Source of the DNA: Sphagnum compactum
Taxonomy: Eukaryota
Direction: 5' to 3'
Assembly: GCA_965153455.1 (NCBI GenBank)
Contig: OZ234493.1
Location: 13,320,213-13,384,212 of the forward strand
DNA length: 64,000 bases
Below are positions 11,794 to 25,800 of this stretch, one piece after another. The notes beneath the pieces were generated by a model. That model ran no database searches. It saw nothing but the letters and a program-made list of their open reading frames with translations, and had not been told where the DNA came from. Made by a program: the position numbers and the translations under genes. Position 1 is the stretch's first letter. Every line of letters starts with the position of its first letter.

Positions 11794-13015
11794 ATTGTGT
11801 ACTTGATTTATGCTTTAGGAGATGGACAACTCTTCTATTTCATGTTGAATCTCAGCACTGGAGAGTTATCAAGTTATAAATATATATGTGGGGATTCAAC
11901 CTATTGCACTTTGTACTTTCCGGTCAAAGAATACCATACATGTCTTTGTAGCCTCTAATTGACCCACAATGATCTACAACAACAAGCAAAAACTTCTATA
12001 TTGAAATGTGAACCACATGTGCCCTTTCAATTCTGCATCATTTCTAGATAGGTTGATTTTTCTACATTGATCTTTACATCCCTTTGTCAATTGCATTTTA
12101 TTCTTTGTTGTATCAAATGGTAAAGTATGTTCATCCTTTTTTTAGAATGGATCCTTTTTTCTAGTCAAAGTAGGTGTGATCTTAAAACTAAAGTTATAAG
12201 TGACAATTTGTGTGTGGTGTTCAACTTTGCAATTGGTAAGGAAGGAGAGCTCACAATTAGCACAATTGATAACATTTATAAGCTACATATTTGTACAATC
12301 CTTCTCGATGGGCATTCACATCGGATCAACCACCAAAAACATTTTCCCACATTTGTAATTTACTTTGCCAAATATTTGCCTTTAGGCTCAAATGGTGAAG
12401 ATATGGAAACCCACTATATCCATTTAATTGATGATCAGACATTTGAAATCATTTCATCATTTGCGTTGGATGCCGATGAAATTGTGTGTTCCATTATAAC
12501 ATGCTCACTCATGGATAAACCCTAAACCCTAAACCCAATTCATACTATTGTGTGAGGATTGCATATGCCCTGCCAGAGGAAAGTGAGCCCAATAAGGTTT
12601 GTTTTATATCTTGCATCACTTCTCTTTTGTTATTAATATTGTTGTTAATGTGTCTCTTCATTTGCACATTTGGTTTGTATGTCTAGTATTACCTTATTAG
12701 ATATTTCCAAGTCAGGTTCTTTTGATTGTGTTTACAACAACATGTCTTGTGTAATGAAGTTTTTATCTACAATTATTTAATTCATTCCTAGTTGAACTTC
12801 AGCACTAAAAATATTTGATGCAAGTCAATGAATAAAGAGCTAAATTTGTGCAAGGATGAATACTTGTGTTCATTGTTGAAAATGGCAAATTACAACTGGT
12901 GACAAATAAAGAGGTCAAGGGAGCTATGTATAATTTCAATGTATGCAATGGAAAGCTACTAGCAAGGATAAATAAAAAGATACATTTGTACAAGTGGACA
13001 CTCCGGAAAGATGGT
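11794..13015 (+). pseudogene. DDB1: DDB1 (UV-damaged DNA-binding protein 1) internal fragment, pseudogene with introns
   Basis: Exon relics 11794-12051, 12225-12596, 12854-13015 give ALGDGQL, QPIALCTFRSKNTIHVFVASN*P, HMCPFNSASF, AIGKEGELTISTIDNIYKLHI, LIDDQTFEIIS, YYCVRIAYALPEESEPNK, G*ILVFIVENGKLQL and NGKLLARINKKIHLYKWTLRKDG, collinear with plant DDB1. Stops, frameshifts and mutated acceptors are present. Confidence 0.93.
12516..12536 (+). repeat. Interstitial plant telomeric repeat (TAAACCC)3
   Basis: TAAACCCTAAACCCTAAACCC sits inside the DDB1 pseudo-exon. Confidence 0.85.
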
Positions 13016-13365
13016 GTTCTAATTATGGTTAATGAAGATGGTATTGAATAATTTGTCTATGATCAACATGGCTTTAGAACCATTAAAGACTTGTGTGTCC
13101 TGCCATGGAATGAATATTACTGAAGTCATCATCCACAGTTATCCTCTAGTTTCCTATTAACATGATGCTCACACAATTGCAACCTTTCAACATTTCAGTG
13201 ATAAAATTTGTTGCGTAAATATGGAAGAGATCATCACTATATAGAACTTTTGTTGCATTTTGTTGGTTTGAATCAACATGTTATCATTCTTGCTCCTTAG
13301 ATTTTTCTTTTTGGGGATATTTTGATTTAGTGATTTTAAGGGTGTAGACCTATGCAAAGGACTTG

Positions 13366-14299
13366 TGTTGTGACCCTAGCTTTGGGCTTGTGACCAAAGC
13401 AAGGGCTTGCAAAGGTGCGAGCCGAGAGTGATGCCCAAAAGTCCCATTTCATGTTCTTGGGAGTGTAGGAAAGTGTGAGGGAATGAACCCACACACTCCC
13501 AAGTGGGCTCCCACTTTGGGAGTTAGAGTCCCTATGGACTTTCGAATTTTCAGAGAGCAATTCCAAGGGAAAAAATTCCTTGGATTGAAAAATTCCTTAT
13601 ACCATTAGAAAGATCTTGAAACGTAGATATCAAAAATGAACTTGCATGTTCGATTTGAGTACTTAAAACACAAGTTATGGCCAAAAGAAGGGTCGGGAGT
13701 CAAAGTGCCAATTTGACTCCTGACCACTAAAAGTCTAGAATCGACTTGATTTAGTTGTTTATAAGTGGTGTGGTATACATCATTGGAAAACTTTCGATGA
13801 GGGTCACAACTTTTCTTTAAATCTCACTTCAATCGGAGGTCTACACAAAAACTTATGGGCCTCCAAAATCACAAGAGTCTCAATTTCGGGAATTTTGGGA
13901 CTCCTGACTTGGGAGTCCCAGGTCAAAATGACATTTGGGTGCAACCCTCTTGGTTAGGCACAAAGAATACTATAAAAGGGAAGGCTTCCCCCAATTTCAG
14001 GCCGTGGTGAGTCTTGTGAGTCCATGTATGCTCGTGGTTCGTCCATGTATGCTCATGGTTCGTCCATGCATCAAAAGTGCTTCAACTATGCACTAACCAA
14101 CTTGTTGTTTGGTTTGTGTAGGTCTGTATGAATAATAGACCTGCTTGTCACTCGTCTTAGTCCCCATCCCAAAGCTTCAACATGCCCCTCTTACCTTCGA
14201 AATGTTACGAGCTAAGGAATGTACCCCAACTCTTTCTTCCATTCTTTTCACCTTTGAACTCAAAGTTGAGTTTGTCAAGGGGTTTAGGAGTGTGTCACA
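13366..14299 (+). mobile_element. Solo LTR
   Basis: Starts TGTTGTGACCC and ends GTGTCACA. 5-bp TSD ACTTG at 13361-13365 and 14300-14304. Homologous to the reverse complement of 41676-42490. Confidence 0.85.
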
Positions 14300-15672
14300 A
14301 CTTGTTTATGTTGTCATCAGACTCAAGAAGTTCACATTTTTCACCTTTAGCATTGACCTACATAGGTGAACTTCTATAACTATATGTGATTTTTACTATT
14401 AATCGGATTCGAAAAAACTTTGATTCTACTAATGTTTCCATATGCGAAAAAACAATTCCAATGAACTCAAATAAAAGAGGTAATTGATTGCCTATAAATT
14501 TATATTATTTGTGTTTTCAAATTTTTGGCAATTTCATAAGTTCATTTCACACATCCTATGAACAAAAAACAAGAATTGGGTCAAGTGCTTGCAATTGATT
14601 ATAGGTGTACAACTTTGATCTAAATAACAATGTTGAGAAGGATTTGCATCATTTTTTATTTCCACTCTTTTGTCATGGCATCAACTTTATAGGGCTTTTT
14701 AGATTTTCATTTGTTCGGATTTAGATGACTGTAAGCAGGATTGAAATCGATTTGGATTTTTATTTGTAGATGGTTTTTTCGTGTTCAAGGGGTGTGTAGT
14801 GGTAGCGGTTGCATTTGAAGGCATGCGTGCAATTTTTCCCACGTCTACTATAGCAGGAAATTCAGTGGTTAACAAGGTCTCTTCATTACACTTTTCACAC
14901 CATTTTGCATGTAAAAGATGAGGAATTATGTTACCTATAGCTTAAACTTTGAAAAATAAGTATGGAAACACAAACCAAGTTGTGGTTCACTTCTTAAATG
15001 TATAAAACTATTGTAGTCCTATGGTGACAAGAAACTTATTGGGATTATACATTATACACAATGGGATTAATGTGGAAAAGTTGCACACTACACCTCCTGT
15101 CTATTAAGTACATTACGGACAAGCATCATGTATTATGCAACAAAACTTAGCTATTTATGCCCTTTGTTCCTTTTAAAAAAATTCAGTTGTAAGTTGTGAC
15201 ATTTGGTTGGGTCTTAAGGTGTCGTGTCAAAGTTGTCATGCATTTCCATTCCAGAAGAGGATTTTTTTTTTCTTCCCCATTGCCACCTTCAATTATTGTA
15301 TTAGTTGAAGACAATGCAAAATGCCAGAATCCTTTTGGTATTGAAGCTGTGAAAATATGTGTGGTTGGAAGACATAAGCCCTCAATCATGTTCTTGTCAA
15401 TCATTCATGGGAGGAATTGTACTCCTCTGATGAGTTACATGGGTACAACACTTAGTGGGTGTGTGCTAAAGAGCATTAGACTTTCTCAATTCAATCACTT
15501 ATACATTCTTGCTGGCCTAAAAAATGACGTCTTTTTACGTTAGAAGTGGCCATCAAGTTCAATTTTAGTAGCACCCCTTTCATTTTTGCAATTGACATCA
15601 GGAAAACATGGATGTGGGGAACAATTTATAGCCAAGAATTCCTCAAGTAGAGATGAGGCAACAAGCAAGGAA

Positions 15673-16545
15673 CATTAGTAGAAATCTTGTCATTTGCAAC
15701 TAATCACTATGCAACTAGCATGCAACTGGATGTTGTTTACAACTATCTCGGTCATGTTTGCAACTACAAATTTGGTATTGTATAAATTTCGGGCCATACG
15801 GTTGTGTGTGCAATTAACGTGTAACTAAATGTGTACAACATGGACATGTGTCATAAAAGTAATGGCTTAAACTAATACATACTTAAATTACTATACTTAA
15901 TATATCTACATAGGTTATGAATAATAGTATTATGTACTTCTAGTACTAAAATTAAACCCATGTTAACTCAAGCTAGCTTAAACTAACCATGGCTAAACTA
16001 ACCTAGGCTAAATTAAGTTAGGCTAAAATAAGTATGGCTAAACTATAAATTAAATTAAATTAAATTAAAACTAACCATGGCTAAATTAAACTAAGTTAAA
16101 TTATGTTAAATTAACCATAGTTAGATTAAATGAGGCTAGAATAATTATGGTTAAAATAAATTGAACTAAATTAAATTACATTAAATTAACCATAGCTAAA
16201 TTAAATAAGGTTAAACTAATTATGGTTAAACTAAATTAAATTAGGCTAAAACTAATTATGGTTAAATTAACTTACGCTAAACTAATTATGGTTAAATTAA
16301 ATTAGGCTAAAATTAACCGTGGCTAAATTAAATTAGCCTAAAATAATTATGGCTAAACCAAATTAAACTAAATTAAATTACAGTAAATTAACTATGGCTA
16401 AATTAAGTTAAGCAAATTAGTTATGGTTAAATTAAGTTAGGTTATATTAGTTATAGTTAAACTAAATTAAGTTAGGCTAAATTAATTATGATTAAACTAA
16501 ATTATGTTAAATTAAATTAAACTAAATTAACCATGGTTTAAATAT
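15673..16545 (+). mobile_element. Degenerate CACTA-type left end with AT-rich subterminal array
   Basis: CATTAGTAGAAA (CACTAGTAGAAA with one C>T), then clustered TGCAACTA motifs and a ~650-bp array of ATGGCTAAATTAA/ATGGTTAAA-like units. No partner end was found. Confidence 0.5.
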
Positions 16546-17029
16546 GTATTGCAAGTTTTCAGATTTGATTTGTCAAATATATTTAAATATTTTTTTGGCA
16601 AGTAAAATTATTTTATTTTATTTTATTTGAAATTTTTCTAAGAAAATGTAAATTTGATTAAACAAAAAAATAATTATAAGTAATCATAATTATTACTTAA
16701 ACGTTTATTATAATTATAATGATAATAAATTATAAATATATTCAATAAATATTATATATTTGAATTTTATTATTTATGTTAAAATATTTATGGTAAATAA
16801 GCTACAGTAATTAACCTATAAGTACCCAAATATCCTAAACTAATTACTACTTTAAGTTAGATAATAATATTAAAATAATATTTTCATTATAAGTAATCAT
16901 AATCATTAAAAATATTCTACGATCATCTTTGAAATGCAAAGGAAAAGGAATAATGAAAAATTAACAAGAAGATAAATAAGAAAAATAAGCTTTCCAAATT
17001 ACAAAATGTTTTTTTTTTCCTTCTTCTCT

Positions 17030-17077
17030 TTGGACCCCTCATACTTTCAAACCTCATAACTTTCTTATTTCTTATTT
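17030..17077 (+). repeat. Short dispersed repeat fragment shared with 29257-29299
   Basis: GACCCCTC(A/T)TACTTTCAAACCTCATAACTTTCTTATTTC occurs at both sites. Confidence 0.7.
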
Positions 17078-20000
17078 ATTTTAAACGAAAGTTATAGAAG
17101 ATCCCAAAGAGGGATTTCTTTTCTCTGAGCCTACTCGAGTTTCTTTCCAACCATGTGAAAATTAGATAAGCTAGGTGTCATCCCCCGCACTCACAATTGG
17201 TTAGAAAAATCTTATGCAAGTTTGGAAGCATGATAATGCATTGTGATGTAAACCATGGTTAGAAAATTTTATGTTGGTGTTTCTAGGCTTTGGTTTTTGT
17301 GAAAGGAAGATTTATGAAATCTAGTGTAGATTGTTAAAAAGTGACTTCTTGAGAGGTCAATCTTGGTTGTTTACACTTAAGGAAGTCAAGGCAAGAAGAG
17401 GCATTAAGTGTTAGGGTGGTGTGTATGCTAAGAAAGAAGGATTATTAGCTTTCTAAGAAAAAAATGATTTTGTACAAGGAGAAAGGTAATAGGGCACTTT
17501 AGTAAACCATGGGGCCAAAAAGGTTCTAGAAAATAAAAGGTCATTGAAGTGGATTGGAACTATTTTTCTTTTTCAAAAGCTTGAAAAGGCCCTTTTGTGG
17601 GTTATTATGTCTTAGGTTTTGTTTGTTTTGGGGATAATCTCCCCACTATGACAAAGGGGTCAGCTTGAAACTTATAATATTTTGTATTAAAGAAAACCCA
17701 AATAGTAGGATTTTCATTTCAAAAAGAAAAAGAAAAAAGGGAGGCCCATGCAACTTGTTTTTTTTTTTCCTTCTTTACCTTTTCCTAGAATTTTCACAGA
17801 GGGGTCACCATGTCAAGTGACCAAATTAGTGAAGTCCCATTGTATATGAACACCAAGAGGGACCACCTCAATTAGAAACTTCTGTGTTCGGGGTTAATGA
17901 TGCCACCTAGTCCACCTTTTGGCCATCATTGTGTGGGCGGCATTACGTAGGACATTAGCTAACCATGGTCAAGAGGTCTAACCTAAATGATAGCCTCTTG
18001 AATGAATCCTAGAATCAAACTCAAACCATGAAGATTCAATAATAGATTGGGAAGCATGCGGCGAACTACCTATGGGAAGTTGGGCGGAGTTTCAAATCTT
18101 TATTGCCCAATATTTGTTAAAGGATTTTGCCACCTAGAGGAAGGAAGAACTAATCTAGTTGTGTCAAGATTCACAACCTTAAGATGGTTTCCAAGGCCTA
18201 CAAGTTGGCCATGAACTTTGAAAATTGAAAGAAGACCCCAAAGAAACCCAAGAAGCCTAATAGAAAAGAATATGCCCTTGACATTCTCCTTTAAGTTAAA
18301 TACTTCTTCCTATTTTAGTCTACTTGTTGCATGTTCCTTTTAAGCACCACCTCTAAATTTGTTTCATGTTGTTTTGTTTGCTCATGACAATGGTTTCTAC
18401 ATTAGGTCTATTAATCGGTTGCAACACCCATGGTCATGAACATGCAACTCGTGTCATTGGATGTCATGCTCAAATATACTAAAAATCACTAAAACAACTA
18501 AACATGAAAAAAATTGTGCCAAGATTATTGTTGGTGATGTGTTCTTATTTGGTGGATGTTGTACCTAATTAATGTTATTGTGAGAATTATGGAAGGGTAA
18601 AATTATTTTAATTCTCACATTGAATCAATCATCATATCTCTTTGAAATCTTGGAACATTGCAATCACTTTTTGGTCTTGGAAGTTCTTTCAAGGATAATG
18701 AGAATGTAGCTGAACATTCATATTTAAACCCTAATTGCTTGGCCCTTTTCACATTTTGAGTCCCACATTCACCCTTTTTTACACATCTAAACCCCTCACA
18801 ATCTTTTTACACACCTCCAACCCCCAACATGTTAAAGTTTATATATATTATGTAACCTCAACCTATGCCACAAGTTGGTATCCAAAGTCAAACTATTAAT
18901 TGTTAACCCATGTTTGAACTATACATTAACTATCAATTGATAACCTTTCTCAAACCTAGCTAACCATTATATTAACATAACTAATCATAATTTAAACTTG
19001 AAAATCATTTGTTTGAACTTGGATAGGCATAACTTAACATGTATGAATATCATTACCGAAAATTTCTGTTTTTAAAATAATAAATATGCAACTATCAATC
19101 ATCTTCAACTATAAAATATTTTTCCTTAAATTATTCCATGAGGACTATTTTGCTTCACCAAATAATTAAGGGTTTATCATATGATAGTAGTTTGACTTTG
19201 AAAACATGCATACATAGAATGTTGAACTAATATTTAATGATAAATATTATCCATTTGAATTGCATTCAAATAGATTACAACATGTCGGACAATTTGTTGT
19301 CATGTGGCATCTCATATCCTCAACAAGCATAGTTAATTATTCAAGTTTGAATTGAAAGTTCATATGAGTTGAAACTTGGCAACATAGTTTTGTTTTTCAA
19401 ACATGTGAGGTTGGCAAATTAGCAATCCTCCATAAAAGGACTCACCTAAGCCAAAGAGCCTAGTAAATGTTTTTTGGAAACCCCTTATATTCTAGCAGCA
19501 TCTTAAAAATTATAATTTAAATATAGTGAATTCAACTTTTTTTCCTCAAAGTGTGGTAAATGTATGCTAGTCTTTTCCCCCAAAAAAACCTTTGAAGGAT
19601 TCACAAACCCTTTTTTTTACTACCCTATGGTGAAATTTCACCAAAAAGAAAAACACCAATTGGTGACCTTCTTAAAAATATTATTTGTTAGGATATGCCA
19701 TGAGAAATGGATGGATGAAATGCACAAGGTTTTACCAATAATATATTGATTTTTATTGGTACATTGTTTTTAAAAAATTCCTTAACACAATGGGATTTCC
19801 CCTTTTAGCATGGTTATCCCTTTCATAAACACATGTAAGTTAGATGTTTACTCTACATATTCCCCATTGAAAATTGGTTTCAAGCAATCGCAACATGCTA
19901 ACTTTTTCCATGTATAAGCCATGGTCTAATTGTTCAACTAATTGTCACTTTTTGAAATCATTTTTAAAAAGAAATAATTTAGAGTTTGTCTTTCTTCCCA

Positions 20001-21230
20001 CGTATGATATCTTTGAATCCCAACAAACTTTTGTTCAACATTTACGTGAAAATTTTGATTCAATGGGTCAAATGCAAATGGTTGTCCTATCATTCCACTA
20101 TTATAATACACACCAAATACCCACCTTTTAAAAAAGGGGAATTTGTGGAAAAAATGGTGACAAATAGTTTTCGGAATAAAAGTTTCATGCAACCAATGAA
20201 ACAATTCACATGCACCTACAAAAGCCCAATTATTTTGCTTTTGGGGGAGTATTGTATGAGATTTTTGGGGAATGTGGTGTTTTCACCATGTTCTAAGAAT
20301 GTTCCCACCATGTTTTCACTTGTTCCCAATGACGTTCCCCATGCATTCCCCATGTTGCTAATAACATCTACCCAAGATTCTACCATTGTAACCTATATAA
20401 CTGGATCGATTGAAAAGGCCACATAATTTTCTAATTTGAAAGTGTTGATAACATGAATGTTTTTTTCGTGATAGGCCAATCGAAGATACCCATAACCCAA
20501 GAAATTCAAAAAAATAAAAAATTCACTTTGGGTGCACCTTTCAAGCTAATTAATACACTTAGCAATATCTATGTAATATGAGACAAACAAGAAATGAAAG
20601 GTCCAACTATATATGATGATGTAGAATTTACACCAAGATGTGTAGATCCAAATGTTTTTGGGTTCTAGTATTAAAGTAAATAAGGTGTGCATTGCAACCC
20701 AGTAAGTGGGCCACCAAGTTTTTGTATTTGAGCTTTCATCAAGTCCTTATTATTGACTAAACAAATATCACCTCATTAATGTTACATTTTTTACTTTGAA
20801 CCTTGAATATAATTTACAACCTTTCCATCCCATTAATTGAAGGTACTAAGACTAATACATTTTATAAATCTCTTGTACATATATTTTAATTTTGGTATTA
20901 GAAAAAAAATCTAATACCTATTATTAATGCCTGCCATATATTAATTACATTAAAAAATTCATATATATAATCCTATTATAGAACTAATTGAATTTTAGTT
21001 TTTACCCAACAACCAATATATGGAACCCTCTCTTTTTTTCAAATATATTTTTAATACATGCTCTTGCTTTATCTTCACTCACATGCATTGATTCTAATCA
21101 CCTCAGTAGTTTCCATTGTTCTCTTGTCATATATGGATTGCCTGCGTATTGTAATATGTACTTGTGTGTAAGGAACATCAATTGTCTTCATGTTTTAATG
21201 GTCAGAATTGCAAACTGTTTTACCTCTATC

Positions 21231-21375
21231 TGAAGGCTTTATGTGAGCTCTACTTCAACAGATGGCAGAAAGGAAGAGCCCAAGAGTGTGCTGCTACACA
21301 AGTTGAAGGCCTATGCAAGCTCTACTTCTACAGATGGCAGAAAGGAAAAGCCCAAGATTGTGCAGCTACAGAAGT
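21231..21375. repeat. Tandem duplication, 2 x ~72 bp
   Basis: Units TGAAGGC...CTCTACTTC.ACAGATGGCAGAAAGGAA.AGCCCAAGA.TGTGC.GCTACA.AAGT start at 21231 and 21304. Confidence 0.85.
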
Positions 21376-22887
21376 TGAGTTGTGTGAAATGAAAACCCTA
21401 TCTTTCTCTCCTTGGTAAGCCTCAACTTCCTTCGTTTTGAGTGTCAGACTTCATGCCTCAACATCCTTTGTCTTGGGTGTCTGACTTCATGCAAATCATG
21501 AATTGCAGACTTGACTCCCCCACTCAACTTCTAAAGAGAGGGGAACGCGGTTATTTTAAGTCCATTCTTCAGATTCCAGCTGTAAAGACAGAATGGTGGT
21601 ATTTGAGTAGGAAAACCTTTGGGACCATATCACTCTGGCTTTTGAAATTTTGAATTTTCAGCTCTCCGATTCAGCATCTGCAGGCCATATAGGATATAAC
21701 TATTAAGTTAGCATGGCTATGTCAAATATGGATGCATGATGATACCCTACTTTTTCCCAGACTTCAGTTTTTGACACTGCCGTGTAGAGAGTTTCATTCA
21801 TTATTTTTCATTACTGCAAACATGAAAAAGAAGCCAATAAATGTCAGAACTCTTTCTTTGTGCCATAATAAGAAAACTGCTACTTTCTCAACATTGGTTG
21901 TAACTTGCAATCAAAACAACACCTTGGGTTTTCCCATTCCCTAGTGAGACAAGCCAGCAATCCAAAGCACTGGATAAGGTCACCCTAAAGTGGAACTTCA
22001 CTGAGTGCAAACAACTGAACATGTGAAATTCAATTTCATATGCATGCATCCAACAAAAAACCAAATTCACTGCAGCAACAAGGTGAAAAGCAAAACAACA
22101 AATGAGAGATCCCACTATTATCAACCCGGTTACTATCTGTTGCATCAGCAAGCAAGCAAGGATTGATCTCAAGGTCTTTCAAACTCACCTTGAATGAGAC
22201 TCAGGTTGTATAATTGACATCTCTTTGTTGGTCACCAACTGCAGGATCACCAACTTGTTATGGGGGATATGGTTATTGGGACACTTACTAGCATCAGATA
22301 CAAATTTGCAAAAATAGCTTTGGTCAGCTAATTACACATTTTGATTCCCCTGCAAACCCTACTTTTTTTTTATTCAGATGAAGCTCCTGCTCTTCTCATA
22401 ATTTTCTCTTTTGCCAGGCCAGCACATTATGCTGCACTTGGTTATTACAATTACTCACCTCTCCTCCTCGTCCTCAACTCTACAATTGGAAGACATAACC
22501 CAGACCAGCCTTGAGAACTTACTATTGTTGGAGCATTTGCAACCTCAAGTGGATCAAGAGGTATTTAAGAGCCTGAAAGGGCTCTCCTCTGCACATCTAG
22601 ACAATCCAGCTCAGTTGCAACTGCCACTTGGTGTTGGGTCGTCACATAACCCCCCTTACAGAGAAAGAGACAGGAGGCCCAATTGGGGAATACTTCAAGA
22701 TAACTGGTCCGTTACAAAGCTTGTTCTGTTTCCCTTTCCCCCAAACAATGAATGGTATGTGGCTGGATATGGTACAAGGGGGCAGGTGGATGTAACTAGA
22801 GCTGCTGCTCCCTTAGACAGAAGATAAAAGCCTCACTGGCTTTCTTGTAAAAAGGAATATAATGGTGGTGCTGTGTTGAGAAGGTTT

Positions 22888-25800
22888 CTAAGCATCCTGT
22901 TGCAGAGGAAGGTTTGCAGTTAGTGGCAATTTGAGTGTCCAGCCAGATGGATACAGAAGCCCAGATGCAGCTTCGAGATGGAGATGCCACACCATCACCT
23001 TGGAGCATCCTGGAGGCCGACCTTCCATTTGACTTTCGTCTGCCACCAATTGTTCTATGAATGTTGTCTCCTGCACACACATGAAGCCTCACAATCAACA
23101 AACAAACCACCAACAAACAGATTGGCAAGAAGGTTTTCAATCCTGCTGTGCTGCTGGAAACAACCCCAGCAACTTTGCAAGCAACTTTTAGTTGACATCC
23201 AATTTCTAGCTTGGGAAACTTCCATTGCAGAACGCTTGAGAAGCTTGTGAAGTGAAGTGAGGGAAAACTCTAGATCAAAACCATAAATGTAGTCAGTGGG
23301 CACAAGCACATTATGTTTGAAGCAAATAAGAGTAGGAAAAGACCTGAAAACCTTCCTTGACTGTGTCAAGCTGCTGAATGGGATCCACAGAGGGTCTGTG
23401 CCATCTGTCTGGGTCCCAAAGGATGCTACTGTTGAAAGCAAACCCTGACATATCTACATGAAACCGTCTCAGCCTTTTGCTCTTTTCATTAGTGTGCCAA
23501 CCTACAACTTTCTCACCATCACACACTGGCCCCTCCAGTATTGTCTTTGACTTACTGTGGACCAGCATTCCTACCAGCCATGTGCCAAATCGCCTGCAAG
23601 AGAAGTCAACAAAAATGTGTTCAGCCACCTGTGATGTGACCTAGGTGACCTAGATGACCTAAAAACTAGGACTCAAAACCAACCTGAATTAAAGAAATGG
23701 CTTCAAAATATCCAAGGTAAGTTTACACAAGTGTGCTTAGACCACATGTCTTCACAGCAAACCTCAGGAAGACCCAAAATATAGGCACCAAAAAAATATT
23801 GGTCGCACCTGATTTGCCGCATCTCCTCAAAGAGCTCCAGGGTATATACATTGTCATCATCAGCAAAGTAAACAATGCCATCTAGCTGGTGGTGCTCGAT
23901 GTGAGCCAGTGCAACATTTCGTTGATGGATCCCACGGTCCTTAATATTTGTGACATTTTTCTCACATACAAGATGCCGGTACATTATCCCAGTCTCCCGT
24001 AAGAGTGATGCTGTTTCTAAAGACTGTGCCTCTGTCTCCACTACTAACCAGAGGAGAGGTGGAGGGACTAGCTTCAGTGTGTGTGCCAGTCGTGTCAAAT
24101 AATATGCCTGAAATGCTCTGTTGTATGTTGGTGTTACAACTATCAAGAGCTTGCGGGGTTCCAATACTTTAGCCACTTGGTACTCAAGACCTGAACCAAG
24201 TACAAAGGCAATTAGTCTGTGAATCTAATGCATCTAAGTCAGAACAAGGCTGCCTGGAGCACAGCATCTCTACAAACTTTCTTGCAGACGATGAGAAGAG
24301 GTAGATGTTAGCTGAAAAGACTGCACAATTAGTAGCAATTGGGATCTAAATTGACTGCATAAAGACTGACTGACCAAAGATGAGGACCAAGTTCTCTAAT
24401 GGAAAATCTGGCCAAGATAAATCTGACGTAAGGGACTCCATACACCTTATCTGGGTTGTTCAATCAAACAGCTAGTGTGCCAATAATGCCCTAGTATATA
24501 GAAAAATACTTTTTCCAAGGGACAGGTGAGCTTTCTATGGGAACAATCTATTTAAGATTGAAGAGAAAACACCCAGGAGACTGCAGAGAAAAATCCAGGA
24601 CAAAAATTCGAAGAAGGTAACCATTTTGTCACTTCCAGCAAAACCAAAACAAACATGAGAGGAGTGAGTGATCATAACCTTGTGAGTGTCACTCACAAAG
24701 TATTAGACCATCACTGTCATCACGAATGGCAGCAACTACACTCATCACTCTCCACTGATTTCATCAACTCCCAACAGATGAAGGTGTAGATAAAGTATAC
24801 AATGATGTGCCCCATTCTTCCCAAACAATTATATACAAAAATCTCCATACTGATTTCCTATCACATTTTCCAGAAGCAACAGGAGTTGTGATTTCAGTGA
24901 GCACTCAATAAATACATAGTGTCCTCAATCAAGCTGCAACAAACTTGGGAAGGTAAGCTTAAGCTTTATTTCATTTTACCTTGCATTTCATCTATGAAAT
25001 TGCAGAGAAAAATTCTCTACAACAACAATATTGGACGTAACACAAACAGTGAGTGCAGTCATAACCTTACAAGAGAGTTGCTCACAAAGTGTCAAACCAT
25101 CACCTTCATCACAAATAGCAGTCACAAGCTGCCATGACTAACCCCAGTGACTTCATCAGTGCCTGACCCATGGTGGGTACAGATAAGTATAACCATGCTA
25201 CAAAATCTGGGCAAAACAGTGTACAAAAATCTGCATCCTGAGTTTCTGTCACATTTCCAGAATCAACAGGAAGACTCAGTCATGATGTTGACCTGACAAT
25301 CAAGAGACAAAGCTAATAAAAAAAGGGTCAACAGTATCCTCTATAAGCAAGCATCTAAGCCTAGGGTGTAGAGAGGCGTATTATAGACAGTAGTGGTTGG
25401 GGCCACCTGCACCCTGAGTAAATATCCTTGAAGAATGAATATATTCCAATATTCCACCACTTCACAAATCAGGCTGGATAATTAGTACTATTTGACAATG
25501 TCAGCCAATTCCACAGCAAGGCAATTGGTATAGAGTGTTTAGAGATGTATTGTACAGCAAGATTCAATGGCTGTCATTGTCAAATTCTTGAACAAGTCCT
25601 TGAAGACTGAATACAGTCTCACTTCACAAATCACATGTGCCTAAAAAGAAGTGCTCTGAGAAGGATCAGCTAATTTCGCAGCAAGATAATCGGAATTCAG
25701 TGCTTTGAGATGCATCACGTAGCAAGTTCCAATGACTGCCATTGTCAAATCCTTGAACAAATCCTTGAAGACAGAATACAGTCCCACTTCACAAATCAGG

